NCBI GenBank assembly: GCA_951406725.2
Contig: OX597822.1
Location: 52,700,001-52,764,000 of the forward strand
Length of the DNA: 64,000 bases
Reading direction: 5' to 3'
DNA from: Octopus vulgaris
Taxonomy: Eukaryota
Every line of letters starts with the position of its first letter. The first letter of the stretch is position 1. Position numbers and translations under genes: made by a program. Shown here piece by piece: positions 25,405 through 38,972 of the stretch. Below the pieces are notes generated by a model. That model was not told where the DNA came from and did not search any database. It saw only the letters and a list, made by a program, of their open reading frames with translations.

Positions 25405-25789
25405 TGAGAATAAGGTAGTCAGAATGTTGGATGATTATACATATTTTTATTTACATTTTAGCGCTTTCTTCTGTTATCGGATTTATCAAAAAAGTAGTTT
25501 ATAATAAGTTTGCTTCACCTTTTTATATAAAATTGAAACTGATAATGCTTCAGAAAGAGAGAGAGGGGGGAGGGGGAAGAGGAACAAATTAGAAAGGAAG
25601 GTGCAGAGCGAGAGGAGGAGATAGTGGGAGATAGTGAAGATAGAGAAGAAAAAAGTAAGTAGGAGTGTTTGTGGGGTTTGCAGAGGAAAGGAAATGAAAG
25701 AAGAAAAAGTTTGAGTGCGGGGGTGGGTAAAGGAGGCGTGGCTTTTGTATCAGTGTGGTCAAACTTGCTTGATTAGAATTCAATATGTT

Positions 25790-26557
25790 TTTTTTTTTCG
25801 ATCTCAGAAGATCGAAACAAGAATATTGGACCTCAGACATCTAAAAACATATGCGGTGGCAACCTCCGCTCATCTCAAATACAGATTAGAAACCTGTACT
25901 CTACAATACCAAACCTTCATACTGTGAGGAACAAACGCACAGAGTATAAAAAAACAACCATCAGTCAAATATTCTGGATGGAGGAACACATGGGAAGGAA
26001 GACAAGCAAAATACAGCCAACCATTAACCCATAATACTGGACGACCTAGATGGATGAACGCATGGGACGAAAGACAAGTGAGGAACAAATAACGCAGACT
26101 ATATTATAAAAACTTATAATAAAAACTCAAGAAACCCACGATATCTGACCACCAATCCTACACGGTCCAACAAACGTAGATGAGAAGAAGACAACTACTA
26201 TGGACAACAAAATATATACAGACAACATGAATCTTTCCCTCACTCACAACGGAGCATAAACCCCAGAACTAGAAATTGGAGACGTAACAACACAAATCAA
26301 TTTTTAGAGAGAAAATACTACTACCGCGTTCAGGACCCGATACAACAGAAGTCCCTAATTAACCTACAAAACACATAAAAACCCTAAAATTATAAATTCA
26401 TCAAATAGAGACCTCAACGAAAATGAAATGAGTCTCCTACTAAAAGGTTTCAAATTTAACCCAACACTCACTCCAAATCTCACAGAACTAAAAACCGATA
26501 TTAAGAACTTCAACCACCTTATAGAATTCTTCGACAATAAGGAGGTAAAGGACGAAT
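25790..26557 (+). mobile_element. Penelope-like (Neptune-type) ORF 5' fragment
   Basis: KIINSSNRDLNENEMSLLLKGFKFNPTLTPNLTELKTDIKNF resembles the PLE N-terminal motif (INLS..L...E..LL.KGLKF.PTP). Confidence 0.7.
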
Positions 26558-26981
26558 GGATCTTTTCGGTTTGAACGGCAGTTTTTAAAAATAATTTCCA
26601 CGTAACTAAACACTTTTAAACTTCGTATACTGGTAGAATGTGTTTATAAAACATCTTTTTCTTTTGGCTTTATTGAGAAAATTCTATAGTTTGTAAGATA
26701 TTTGTTGTTGTTTTTTTCTTCAATTTCTGCAATTTCAACCAATCAATGACGTCTATTGAGGTGAAAACATTCTGTGCCGTATGAATATGTCCCTCGTTTA
26801 AGAATCAGATTGGGTTTATTTACATTTCTGAAGAAAAAAAGATACCCTTCCCCCTAACCCTAACTAACCCTCACCCTAAAACAGATTGAAATGCAATAGA
26901 TCGATACTAGGGTCATAATTATGGGTGACAATTTCATATGACACCGCTAGAAAAAAACTGCCGTTCAAACCGAAAAGATCC
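26558..26981. mobile_element. Merlin-like MITE with internal (CCCTAA)n
   Basis: Perfect 29-bp TIR GGATCTTTTCGGTTTGAACGGCAGTTTTT; shares AAACTTCGTATACTGGTAGAATGTGT with 21068-22749. Confidence 0.85.
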
Positions 26982-27389
26982 AAAACCGGTATTAAGAACT
27001 TCAACTACCTTATAGAATTCTTCGACAATAAGGAGGTAAAGGACGAATATACAATTATTGTGTAAAACTCTAGTAGCTTAGTATGGAAGAATTAGTCATA
27101 TAAATTTTATGCCGTAACTCTCTACGACAATTTTCTTTGCCTTCTAAATGTACTGTAAATATCAAATGTACGTAAATAAACTAATTTAGTAAATACTTTC
27201 TCTTTCTTCATTCTCTTCAACCTTTTAATGAGATTTATTTCTGTAACTGTGAACTGTTATTATAGCGGTGAAAAAGAGCGAGCTTATTTATCTTCAACAT
27301 ACACGTACGTTTCAGCGTCTTAGTGTATATAATTCATCACGGCCCTTACGCAGCCTGAGTTAAGACTTATGTATTGTGATAATACTTAT

Positions 27390-27647
27390 GTGGAGGCGCG
27401 TGGCTTAGTGGTTAGGGTGTCAGCATCATGATCGTTAGATTGTGGTTTCGATTCCTGGACCGGGCGACGCGTTGTGTTCTTAAGCAAAACACTTCATTTC
27501 ACGTTGCTCCAGTCCACTCAGCTAGCAAAAAGGAGTAACGCTGCGATGGACCGGCGTCCCGTCCAGCTGGGAAACACATACACCATTGAAAACCGGGAAA
27601 CCGGGCTCATGAGCCTAGCAAGGCTTTAAAAGGGCGCATTTTCTATT
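27390..27647 (+). mobile_element. SINE family C (tRNA-derived head)
   Basis: A-box TGGCTTAGTGG, B-box GGTTTCGATTCC; 13-bp TSD TGATAATACTTAT. Confidence 0.9.
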
Positions 27648-28089
27648 TGATAATACTTATAATTAAGTTATAAGCGACGTGTTTATCACTATAGATTTCT
27701 ACTCAATAAACATCTATAATTATTATCTTTGCCAAGTCAAAAACATTTTAAACTAGATTATCCAACACAACGTTATAAATTGATGACAAACCGACGTGGC
27801 CTTAGAAAAGTCTACTCGGGAGAATAATCACCATATAAATAAGATAATCTCAGCCCGTTATAAAAGTGGTAAAACCACCGCTTTACAAAAGTGGTAACTC
27901 ACCGTTGTAACTGTAACCGCCTTCATAACATTTTTGTTCCACAAGACAAGTATCATACAACTCATCCTATTTTCCTTTCAACTACGTTGGATTACTCAGT
28001 TAACCCCATTTCATCTTTTTTTATATTTGTTTTCTTCCATCTGCTTCTATTTTACGGACCGATAGAATCTTTGTTACTTTCCTGTTTTT

Positions 28090-28840
28090 TTTTTTTTTTC
28101 TTTTCTTCTTGTGGTCTTATGCATGAAAAGAAGGTTGTCAAGATTAGCATTACAATTATGTATAATGGTCTTATTTATATTCTTCGAATCGTAATTCTTA
28201 TATTATATTTACCCTTTACAAATTTCTTTGCACTTTTATTGAACTCCGCAAGGTTTTTTGAGGCACAGGGGTTGGCTAGCAGAGGGCAGACACGACAGGG
28301 CTCCTTAGTATGGTCTGCTTATCTTTCACTGGTGTCTGGGCCAGTTTAGTAGACTCATCTGACCAAAACAACTTTTGATCGCCCCGTTCTCGCTCTCAAG
28401 CAGTTGAGTGTCTTCCATTGAACCCATAGTGTTTCTGAGCCAGGTGGGAGGTCTTTAGCAGGTGTATTAGTGTTATCCATGTGAACTAGATGACGATTGT
28501 TCTCAAGTTTTTCTCTTTAGAACTGGAGTCTGGTTTCTTCCAGAGTTGTATTTAGGGGGCTGGCCATGACAGGAAGCTTCCTCTTGACTTCAGTCATTGG
28601 GGTGGGGGTCTACATTTATGGAATAAGTGGCATTCATCACTAGTAACCTGTTTCTAAATATGACTTGCCACTTCCCGTTTGATATCAGCAGAGGCAACGC
28701 CATCGAGGCAATGCAGTTTTTCTTTGTGTTGGTGAGTTTCATGCAACCAGTGATCAGGCAGTAGGTGATGTTCGATGCTGAGATCAAGTTAAGAAGGGTT
28801 TGCAGGGAATTTCGATCCCTGCCAATTCTACCAAATACTT
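28090..28840 (-). mobile_element. RTEX-like LINE 3' fragment
   Basis: CLITGCMKLT...LPPGSETLWVQWKTLNCLRARTGRS...CPLLANPC; A-rich tail. Confidence 0.7.
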
Positions 28841-29675
28841 CAAAGCCGAATTAATAATGGTAATTATATACGTTAGTTATACATTGTTGGTTAAAACTTA
28901 AATTTTCTACACTCTGTGTGATTGGGATATAGTTTATGTTTTCCAGTTTCAGCTCTTGAGCTGTGGCCATGCTGGGGCACGATAAAAAAAAATGTTTTCT
29001 TGCGAGAGAAAAATGTACTCACTATAAGATTATATGTTCAGAGAGACGACTTGTGATGTGTATAAAGGACGAAATGTTCTCGACATTGACAGAATGTTCT
29101 GCAAGGTGAATGCGTTCATGTACATTTTTTTAATATAATTCCCTTCAAATGAATATGAAACATATATCATAACATTTTTGTGACAGACAAACCTCCAACC
29201 CTAAATAAAATAATATAAAAGTATGATTTCTATGACTACCCCACCCCTGAATTCCTTTTGTAAATGTACAATTGTATTGTACAATGCGTAGCATGAATAT
29301 TGGTGCGACATATAGAATAATTTATTATACACAAAAATTATTATTACATGGTGAGGGCTGTGAAACGGCTGTAATCCTAAGGGTAACAAGTGATTAAATA
29401 AATATATTTACTATTTATGGTTTATCTACTCCTCATGAAATAATTCCATCGATTTTATTTCTTGGATTTCAGCTGCATGGAACTCTGCATTATACTCCTC
29501 CGAATTGGATTACTATGGGATATGATAGCCGGGTTCCGCTAGAGGAGCTTTCTGTGATAACTACACGATTCTATGAATCCATATATTACACACATGCTTT
29601 ATAAATTAAATAAATAAAATTTCTATGGTATATATAGTTACATTATGTATATATGATAATACATTCCTTTCTACT

Positions 29676-29866
29676 CAAGACACAAAATTTTTGGGGAGGG
29701 CGTCAGTCGATTAGATGGACTCCAGTACGCAACTGGTACTTAAATGATCGACTCCGAAAGGATAAAAGGCAAAGTCGACCTCGGCGGAATTTGAACTCAG
29801 AACGTAATGACAGACGCGTTAATTATTTCGCTCGGCGTGCTAACGTTTTTGCCAGCTCGCTGCCTT
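29676..29866 (-). mobile_element. SINE family B
   Basis: Reverse-complement similarity. Confidence 0.85.
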
Positions 29867-29903
29867 ACATACGGAAATATATCATAAATCATATATGTAT
29901 GTG

Positions 29904-29956
<53 letters not shown>

Positions 29957-30025
29957 GTATGTATGTATGTATGTATATATGTATGTATGTATATATGTAT
30001 GTATGTATATATGTATGTATGTATG

Positions 30026-30056
<31 letters not shown>

Positions 30057-30073
30057 ATATGTATGTATGTATG

Positions 30074-30118
<45 letters not shown>

Positions 30119-30128
30119 GTATGTAAAA

Positions 30129-30330
30129 CAATATGTGACAATTATTCAATAGCCAAGATAAAACTCTGAGTTTCGGATGCCGAGGTGGAAACCACAACAC
30201 CATCTCTTCGGTTATCTGGCCATCTTGGCTATTGAATAATTGTCACATATTATTTTACAGATAAATTTCCTTTATTTACATAATATTGAGGTCTCTTTCT
30301 TTCTATTGTTATCTTACCGTTTTTACCAAA
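30129..30330 (-). mobile_element. Hairpin mini-element with a degenerate hammerhead (Penelope-like remnant) in (TA)n
   Basis: Perfect 30-bp arms 30130-30159 and 30222-30251; minus strand GCCAGATAA-CCGAAGA...GAAA-CTCAGAG-TT|TTATCTTGGC. Confidence 0.7.
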
Positions 30331-30363
<33 letters not shown>

Positions 30364-31846
30364 GAAACAATTCACACACACATGAAAATTTAAAACAATT
30401 ATGATGTACAAGGATTATGGAAAAATACATATTTAACATACATATGTTAAATATGTATGTTTAAGAAACATATATAGTTAATGACACAGTAGAATTAGGC
30501 ACAGGGTTTTCGGTGGCTTTGTAGTATTATGGAAACGACTTATCTCCTAGGCAACGCTTCTATCTTCGAAACTGCCGAAAGAAAATAATGTAGGACTACA
30601 TACTGAAAACAAGATTGTAAGTAGTACATCTTGGTTACAGAATGTTGCAATAAATAGTTTTAATTCTACTCTCTTTCGACAGTTTGGAATGGATGAGTTT
30701 GAAGGAGGAGGAAACTAATATTATTGATACCCCGGTGGTTTAACTATGTGATCTGTTTTCATCGCATCACTACATATATGTGCTAAAATCATAGGGTTCT
30801 ATATTTATATAATTTTTGTTACTTTAATTACGAATGTCTTCTATGAATTTACTTGTATTATCTTCGTCGAATTAGGTTCTACCAAAGTAGCATAATGCTA
30901 ATCCATTTTTGCCATGGCTTGCCGTCGAAAGATAAATTTAAAAAAAAACCTGTGCATTGTTTACTCGATGATGGTAGTACTAGAGATTATAACGTTGTTA
31001 AGACAACCCTAGGTCTAATTACCTGGCCTAGTTTCATTGCAAGCCTAAATCTATCATAATTAAACATATGATGGTATACATATTTGTTTGTAACCGGCAC
31101 TACGTTTTGCCTCACTGCTTTATTTTAAAACCTTATCTGAATATCATTCAACGGATCTAATTTATGAGAAAAAATAATTAACCTCATTTTGTTTTTCTTT
31201 TTCTTTCTTTTATCTTTTACTTTTATCTTCAAAGAGACATTCACGAGTTCAAAGAATGGAGATAAAGAAATAGGAGGGCAAGTCTATTAATTAGTCTAGT
31301 AAAAGTGAAGTAAGGCTGGTCATTCGTCATAGTCTTTTAATTTGATTATTGTAATTTGTTTATTTTTTGAAATGTATTGGATCGAATGAGCCTTAAACAC
31401 ACAATCGTTCATTAAAATTTGAAGGAAGTTGGTAATAGATCATGCGCAGAAGCACTGGTTTGGAACTGATAACTTGGTGGATATCATTAATGCGGATATC
31501 ATTAATGCGGATTCTTGAAATGTGAGGCCAGTACTATATGCTACTATATGCTATTGCAATGTTTTTTAAAATTCTGTATACATTAGCATGTACAAACCTT
31601 AAAATAGGTATGGACTACCTTTTTTGAGAAGTGGGCCGAATAAGACATAGCTCATCATCTCTTAGGCCGCACTAACGGCTAACGGCTGCCTTAAAATATA
31701 CAAACGTTAACATGTTTTATAGTGCAAATTCCAGTCACTTGGAGAGAAAGCTGCCGATCTTCATTTTGGGGGTTTACACGGCTCAATGGTAGCGTATAAA
31801 ACAATCCATGGCTTCGAACTCGGGGTAGAACAGAATGTTGATGAAA

Positions 31847-32067
31847 GGCGACAAACTGGCAGAAACGTTAGCATACTGGACGAAATGCTTAGTCTTATTT
31901 CGTCTGCCGCTACGTTCTAAGTTCAAATTCCGCCGAGGTCGACTTTGCGTTTCATCCTTTCGGGGTCAATAAATTAAGTACCAGTTATGCACTGGGGTCG
32001 ATCTAATCGACTTAATCCGTATGTCTGTCCTCTCTATGTTTAGCCGCTTGTGGGCAATAAAGAAATA
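31847..32067 (+). mobile_element. SINE family B
   Basis: 15-bp TSD AGAATGTTGATGAAA. Confidence 0.9.
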
Positions 32068-32697
32068 AGAATGTTGATGAAAATCCAAGTCCGTCTTATC
32101 GACCTTAAGGAAACAGGTTTCAAAATTCTTCTTTCTTTTTTTTTTGTTTTGTTTTGGCAGCTGAGTCTTTCACAGTTAAGTCAAACAGTTTCCCTAGACT
32201 CTTGAGTGTTTACGTTGGAATAGAGAAAATGTTAATTCTGGATATTGAGGAATAAAATTTATCGCTCACCTTCCATTTCTTTCTTTGATTAGCTAATTCT
32301 ACTGCATGTAAATGTTAATTATTTCTTGTTCAATTATAAAACTGTGTTGATCGAGATCTTTTTAGAACTTCACTTGTCAACTGGAATTATCAATAAACAG
32401 CCATTATTTCTACAACATTTCACCCATTTTCACCACTGCTTTCTTCTCTACCATCTTTTTTTTTCTTCTCGACTGCACGATTTCTACGTCATAATAAAGA
32501 TGAACATTAACTACATCATCAATATTAATCAATCCTGCAATATTATTTTCAGCTATCCCTGATGCAAGATACTTGAGAAGTAGTCTGAAATAAGTGTTAC
32601 CGGAGAGGTGAAGTCTAAGGCAACGAGTCCCGGTTTTAAGAACAAAATATTTTTCAAGCCATTTTGAAGTAATGATAGTAATAAATATTACAGGGAC

Positions 32698-32760
<63 letters not shown>

Positions 32761-32819
32761 TGTATGTATGTATGTATGTAAACTTACTTGGAAATGGAGG
32801 CGTGGCGCTCAATTAAATA

Positions 32820-32856
<37 letters not shown>

Positions 32857-32858
<2 letters not shown>

Positions 32859-33266
32859 TGCAGGCTGTGTGGTAAGTAGCTTGCTTACCAACCACATAGT
32901 TCCGGGTTCAGTCCCACTGCGTGGCACCTTGGGTAAGTGTTTTCTGCTATAGCCTCAGGCCGACCAGAGCCTTGTGAGGGGATTTAGTAGACGGAAACTG
33001 AAGGAAGCTTATCGTATATGTGTGTGTGTGTGTGTGTGTGTTTTGTGTGTGCGTGTGTTCTTTTGTGTTTGTACCCCTAACATCGCTTGACAACCGATGG
33101 TGGTGTGTTTACGTCCCCGTAACTTAGCGGTTCGGCAAAAGACACCGACAGAATAAGTACTAGGCTTATAAAGAATAAGTCCTGGGGTCGATTTGTTCGA
33201 CTAAAGGCGGTGCTCTAGCATGGCCGCAGTCAAATGAAATGAAACAAGCAAAAGAATAAAGTAAAA

Positions 33267-33270
<4 letters not shown>
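32857..33270 (+). mobile_element. SINE family A, full length, in (TA)n
   Basis: Head, central (TG)n and tail. Confidence 0.9.
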
Positions 33271-33310
<40 letters not shown>

Positions 33311-33311
33311 A

Positions 33312-33471
33312 TATAGGACAATCAGTAAGTTGTCATAATAATACTCAGAGTTTCAAATACTGGAGCTGAAAGCTTGTAGGTCTTAATAACTGATAAAAAA
33401 TGCATAGAAGCTTTAAGCTCCGGTATTTGAAACTCTGAATATTATTATGACAACTTACTGATTGTCCTATA
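33312..33471 (+). mobile_element. Hairpin mini-element with a degenerate hammerhead
   Basis: ~64-bp arms; TAATAA-CTGATAA...GAAA-CTCTGA(A/G)TA|TTATTA, the mirror arm preserving GTA. Confidence 0.7.
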
Positions 33472-33522
33472 ATAATAATAATAATAATAATTATAATAAT
33501 AATAATTATTATTATTATTATC

Positions 33523-33570
<48 letters not shown>

Positions 33571-33574
<4 letters not shown>

Positions 33575-34413
33575 GTCTGATCAATATGTATCCGGACTGT
33601 TGCTATAGTAACGAAGGTAGCGCACGCAGAGTAAAGCCGCTTGGCAAAGATTGACCTTGGACTCTGCTCTGTGTGTGCACAATGTTTTCACGTTCTAGCT
33701 CTATTCCGCTGTTATTAGCAGTGCTTGGACGTAACGTGTATAGCGTGTGATTGTCGCATTGACCATGGCGATACCTGCACAGAGGCCTATGCAAAGTTGC
33801 AGAAAGTGTATGGAGAGGAGTGTATGAGCTGCATACAAGTGTACGTTTCCAAGATGGCCAAAAAATGTCGATATTGACAAACGTTTCCGGGTGACCCGTA
33901 ATCAGCAGAACTGAGAAAAACATCGCAGATGTACGTGCAGCTGCGAGGGGAAATCGTCGAATCACCATCCGCGAGTTATCAAAGGATGTACAGATTAGTT
34001 ACGGTTCAGTTCAGTGTATTATCACTGAAGATTTGGGTATGAGACGCGTATCTGCCAAGTTCGTACCAAAAAACTGCTTTCACTTGATCAAAAAGACACT
34101 CGGATTTCAGTTGCACAAGATCTCCTTGAGTGTGTCGAGAACGATGAAAACTTTTTGAAAACTTTGCGTTTTTCAACAGGTATCGCCAAGCTTTTGGCAA
34201 AATTTGATACAGATTTTCTGCTCAACTTTTTTTCTGTCATGGTCAGTGCACCGATCACGCGATAAACTCATTCCTTCCAGTCACCGCTGTAAACAGCAGA
34301 AGTGATCTGAAACGCTAAAACTTAGTGCGCATGCACAGGTTAGCTGAAGGTCAATCTATGCCAAGCGGCTTCGTTACTATAGCAACAGTCCGGATACTTA
34401 TTGATCAGACCAA
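33571..34413 (+). mobile_element. Internally deleted mariner element
   Basis: ~45-bp TIR GGTCTGATCAATA(T/A)GTATCCGGACTGTTGCTATAGTAACGAAG; TEAYAKLQKVYGEECMS...NRRITIRELS...DLGMRRVSAKFVPK. Confidence 0.9.
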
Positions 34414-34620
34414 TACACACACATATGTATTCATATATGTATATATATGTATGTATTTATGTATGTATGTGTTTTAAAGGATATAAAAAATTAGAAGTTA
34501 GCAATTAGAAACTGTGAATGCTGGCTTTGCTAGCTTTTCAAATACGGCTCAGAAAAATGTTTCTATTCTAATCAATGAAATTCTAATTAGAAATTATGTA
34601 CGAAATTCATATCATTAAGA

Positions 34621-34675
<55 letters not shown>

Positions 34676-34679
34676 TTAA

Positions 34680-34710
<31 letters not shown>

Positions 34711-34754
34711 AATAATAATAATAATAATGATAACGTTGATAATGATAGTAACAA

Positions 34755-37700
34755 TGCTTTATTTATCAATAAGGGTTGGGACAGGACAAAACAATGTGGG
34801 GTTAGATAAATAGAAAAGAGTAATCAGTAAAAAAGATAACAATATACATTCTAACACCAAAAATTTCTTCCAAAGAATGAGACTCCCTAGGGCTGCTCGT
34901 GGAGACCTCACAAAATCAATCACAGTTGCCCTGACGATTAAGGCAAGTGCCCTCTCCACATTGTCTTCGTTCAACTTACGGCGCATGCTTAGAATAGGTC
35001 CATTCACTCAGACCATTTTTGCCACGTTCATCTACCTTTCAATAAAATTGCTGGGAGGCAGCTCTTCCCTCTCTACCATCACCTTCCTTTTCAAGAGTAA
35101 TTTAAAGAAGTTGACGAGGGTTTGGTCGAAGAGGAAGGTATCTTTCTCCAACCCTTTCAATCTGGCCCATCATAAAGCTCTTTCGTTATGACCACCAGAC
35201 AAATAATACTGCCTGTCCTTCTCGGCTAAAGGAAGGGCAACAGGACGATCTTCACAATGGACTCAGCCGATAGCCGGATGAGTCCTAAACGTGACAGTTG
35301 GTGTTTGACATAAACTAAAAAGTCAGCAATGCTCTGATACTGGACGAGAACGTGAACAGTTCCGTTGCTCTGCGCAAATATCGGGCAAGCACTCCTGTGC
35401 CTGTAGATTTTATCCCGAATCGGCAATGTTACATGGCAGTACCGCCTGGTCAGAGACTTCTGGAAATTATCCATGGGCCCCGTCCCTAAAGTTTTCCGAG
35501 ATAGACCAGCCAGTTGATTCTCGTCAACGCCCAGAGTCTCCCTGAAAACATCATCGTACGCCCGACCATTGGAACGAATCCCATTCACAGAAAGTGGAAG
35601 TGTACGCGCTCCAGTTTGGTCGGAATTAAACTGGAGCCAGGCGGTAATATATAACGGAGGTGATGTATGCATTCACCACTTCTACCCGACCTTTCAAGAA
35701 ACAGCTTTCTCTCGGCCCATTTCTGGGTTTTCTCCACCTGGAGATTTGGACCAAACCGGAACATCAGCAATTTAACTGGTCTCGCCGTCCAGCGTCTCAC
35801 AACGTTAATGGTGAGAATGGTCTTGCCTCTCAAGGTGCCGAGCTGAAGGCTCACTGACTTTTCTTGGTTAATCTTGGCTCTTGTTGTCGCCTCATATTCT
35901 TTTAGAGTAGTGCCGATCAAGTCTATGTACCTAGTCTTCGACACTATGACGGTGGCGTCATCTGCATACGCTGACACGGTTCTCCTACGTCCTAGTTTAC
36001 GTAGGTTGTCTCTTAACGCGTCAAAAGGCTTTTAGTCATCCAAATTGATCAGGTCCCACCCATGCCATCTTCTTTACCCTCTCTGCCTAAGATGTACTCC
36101 ATGAAGTGAAGGTAGTCGTGGAAAGATCTACTTAGGATGGAGCAAGTTTGCGCATCACCATTCAGCCCCTCAACGATAAGCTCCAACCTATTCGCTAACA
36201 CTATAGTCAAAATTTTGAAATCTGAATTCAGAAGAGTTATGGGCCTAAAAGTTTCTATTTGATTCCCCTTGTTCGGGTCCTTTCATAACAGTTCCACCGC
36301 TCCTCGACTAGGAATTACCTCGTTCTGCTGCCAGTTGCAGTATACATCTGCTAACAAGTCTAGCATGTAAAAGTAAAATTCGTAGGGCAGATCATCGAAA
36401 TCAGGTGATTTACTCCTGTCCAGCCCATCATCTCCGTTGCATCTCTGCCGCGTTGCGCTTCTACTACACGAGTCCATTAAGCGGCTTTTGTTCCCTCGTT
36501 TCTTAGAGCACGCGCCTTAGCTCTGACAATACATCTTTCATGCTTAGCGTTGAAGACTAATCTCAACGCGAGCACGTCGGTTGCAATAACTTTCCTAAAC
36601 GCATCTTCTAAGTTTCTAAGTTTCTTTCCATTCTATTTTTTCTATCACCAATGGTCCACTAAATTTAATAGATTCTACTCTAATTGCTTTTTTCAGGGCA
36701 AACCACCATTTGTTGTTGACGATTGACCCGCTTAACCAATTAATTCTCTAATGGGGTCTTTGTAAGCTTGACACGCCGGGAGCGACGCATTCAGCTTCTT
36801 GTAGCCAGGTTCCTGCCTATGAAGTCTATCTAGGTCGACCGAGCAGATCACAATTGTATGGTCCGTGTAGCCGACGATTCTCAAAAGTGGACAACAGTGG
36901 CCTACAGAATACCATCTCTAAATACGACCTAGATGACCTGATGTAGTTCGTCCATGCCCACACTGGCACGCTCGGGAAATCCAGTCGATACATGTTGGAC
37001 AGTCGAAAATGTCTGAGCAAGTTTGTGACGCTTTTGCACCCCCTGTTCTAACAGCTAACCTCAGTCAATCTAAACGTGCGTCCTAAAAATGGCATTCCAG
37101 TTATCCATTAGCACTAAAGATCGAGATATCCTAGGAAAACCTTCAGATGTCTGAAGAAATCCGGCTCTCTTGCCCCTATCGGAGAGTAAACAACCACCAG
37201 TCTGAAAACAACTTCGTCTCATCCAGAACCACATTCAGGACCACCAACTTACCTTTTGAGTCCAGGAAGATGAACCTTTTCTTGAGATCCAGACCTTTCT
37301 GGAACAACACCACAGTTCCAACCCACCCCCATTCCCGGATGACATGGGGACGAGTATATCTCGTATCCACAGAACGTGAGCATGAAAGCTTATCGATTGA
37401 AAAGTCTGGTTTCATTGATTGCCACGACATCTATACTTTGTGACCTGCAGTCAATTTGTAAGTGACCCTGTTTCCGAAGTGACTCCAGTCTGCGTGTATT
37501 TACTGCCCATTCTGAGCAAGGCCGTGTTTGTTGGAGAGAAGGAGAGCGAAGAGTGAAGAGGGAAAACAGAATCACTTACCCTATTTATGTGGAGAGATAG
37601 GTGCGCTGTCCTAGCACTATGTAACTCTCTCCACAAGCATTTCTTTGTAGAAGCTTTCGTTTATGGTCCCATGGAACACCCCCATTCCTTTAGGATAGTT

Positions 37701-38540
37701 ATAAGTTGGTTGCATTGCTTTTATAATTTTTATGTCAAAGGAGGTGTTACGGGGGAAGGGGGGTGATGTATTCCTTAAGAGTAATGTCCGAGTATTTTAA
37801 ACTGTTTTTGGATTCTTTGTCTTCTCTTTTAAGTTGTTCGTTTTTAGTCTTGTACTTTGCTTTTCATTTTGCAATTTTTTTCTTTTACCTTTCACCAGTT
37901 TTCATTCTTGTGGTTTGGTTTTTTTCCAAAACTGTTTTCCTCGATAGACGAGTTTTCACAGTCGGTGAAATCTGTGGCAGGGGGGGAAGTTGTATGTCTG
38001 CACTGATGTTTTCAAATTGAGCCTGCGTTACTTGCGCTAGTCTCCTGGATTTTTGATGAAATACACTTGTAGATAATAGTTTATTTCAAGTACCTTCTTA
38101 TATTTCGTCTGCCATGTTTAGAAATATTGCTTTCCCATTCTGTGTTATGTGCATTTTAGTGCCACTTAACTTCTTTACCAACACGACGACACTTTTGTGC
38201 GAAACTATTCCAATTTTGTTTAGAAATGAGAACGGCCGCTGTTTCCGTTCTATCAATGTTTGTTTTGGTGGTGGTGGTGGTGGTGGTGGTGGTTGTGGTG
38301 GAGGTGGTAGTGTTCTTGTTAATATTGTTGCATTTTGTTGACATTGTTCTCTTTCGCTGTTCCTGTGTTGGTAATGACGGTGTTGAAATTTTTAGCAGCG
38401 GAAAATTAGTGTCATACTTTTCTCACGTTGTTGTTACTGCTGCTGCTGTCACCGATTTTTTAAAATAATTTCTCTGTTTGTTCAGTGGATAGCTGGCTGT
38501 TCTTTTCACCCGAGGAAGCAATCCTCGTCCGCCATCTTTT
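34755..38540 (-). mobile_element. Decayed near-full-length Tx1/L1-clade LINE
   Basis: APE remnant (DVVAINETRL, DSKGKLVVLNV), RT remnants (FRPITLLNSDFKIL, SAYADDATV, KINQEKS), C-terminal LPIRDK region, AATAAA 3' end; ORF1-like start ATGGCGGAC at ~38535; many stops and frameshifts. Confidence 0.85.
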
Positions 38541-38754
38541 GTTTTTAATCAAAAACTGAGGGGTGTATTTGCTAAACAAACTCAAACTTAACCCCTAAGG
38601 GCAACAGATGGAGAAAACTAACCAGCTCCCTAAGATTCTGATTAGATTATCTATAAAACGATAACAAATGTTCAATATACATCTCTCTCAAACAATACAA
38701 ATACTAACAAACTTACGTGTTGCGACACGAATAAACAAAATAATGTTAATAATA

Positions 38755-38972
38755 ATCCTTTCTACTGGAGTACACAAGTCCTCAAATTTAGTTGGGAGGT
38801 GACTAGTCGATTACATCGACCCCCTGTATTTCACTGGTACTTAATTTATCGAATCTGAAAGGATGAAAAGCAAAGTCGACCTTGGCGAATTTGAACTCAG
38901 AACATAAAGACGGGCGAAATGCCACTAAGCATTTTGCCCGGCGTGCTAACGACTCTACCAGCTCGCTGTCTT
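38755..38972 (-). mobile_element. SINE family B variant
   Basis: Reverse-complement similarity. Confidence 0.85.

Noticed and set aside
27390-27465. tRNA genes at SINE heads (also 19740, 42672, 48373)
   Set aside because: A/B boxes present, but embedded in TSD-flanked SINEs with no clean cloverleaf
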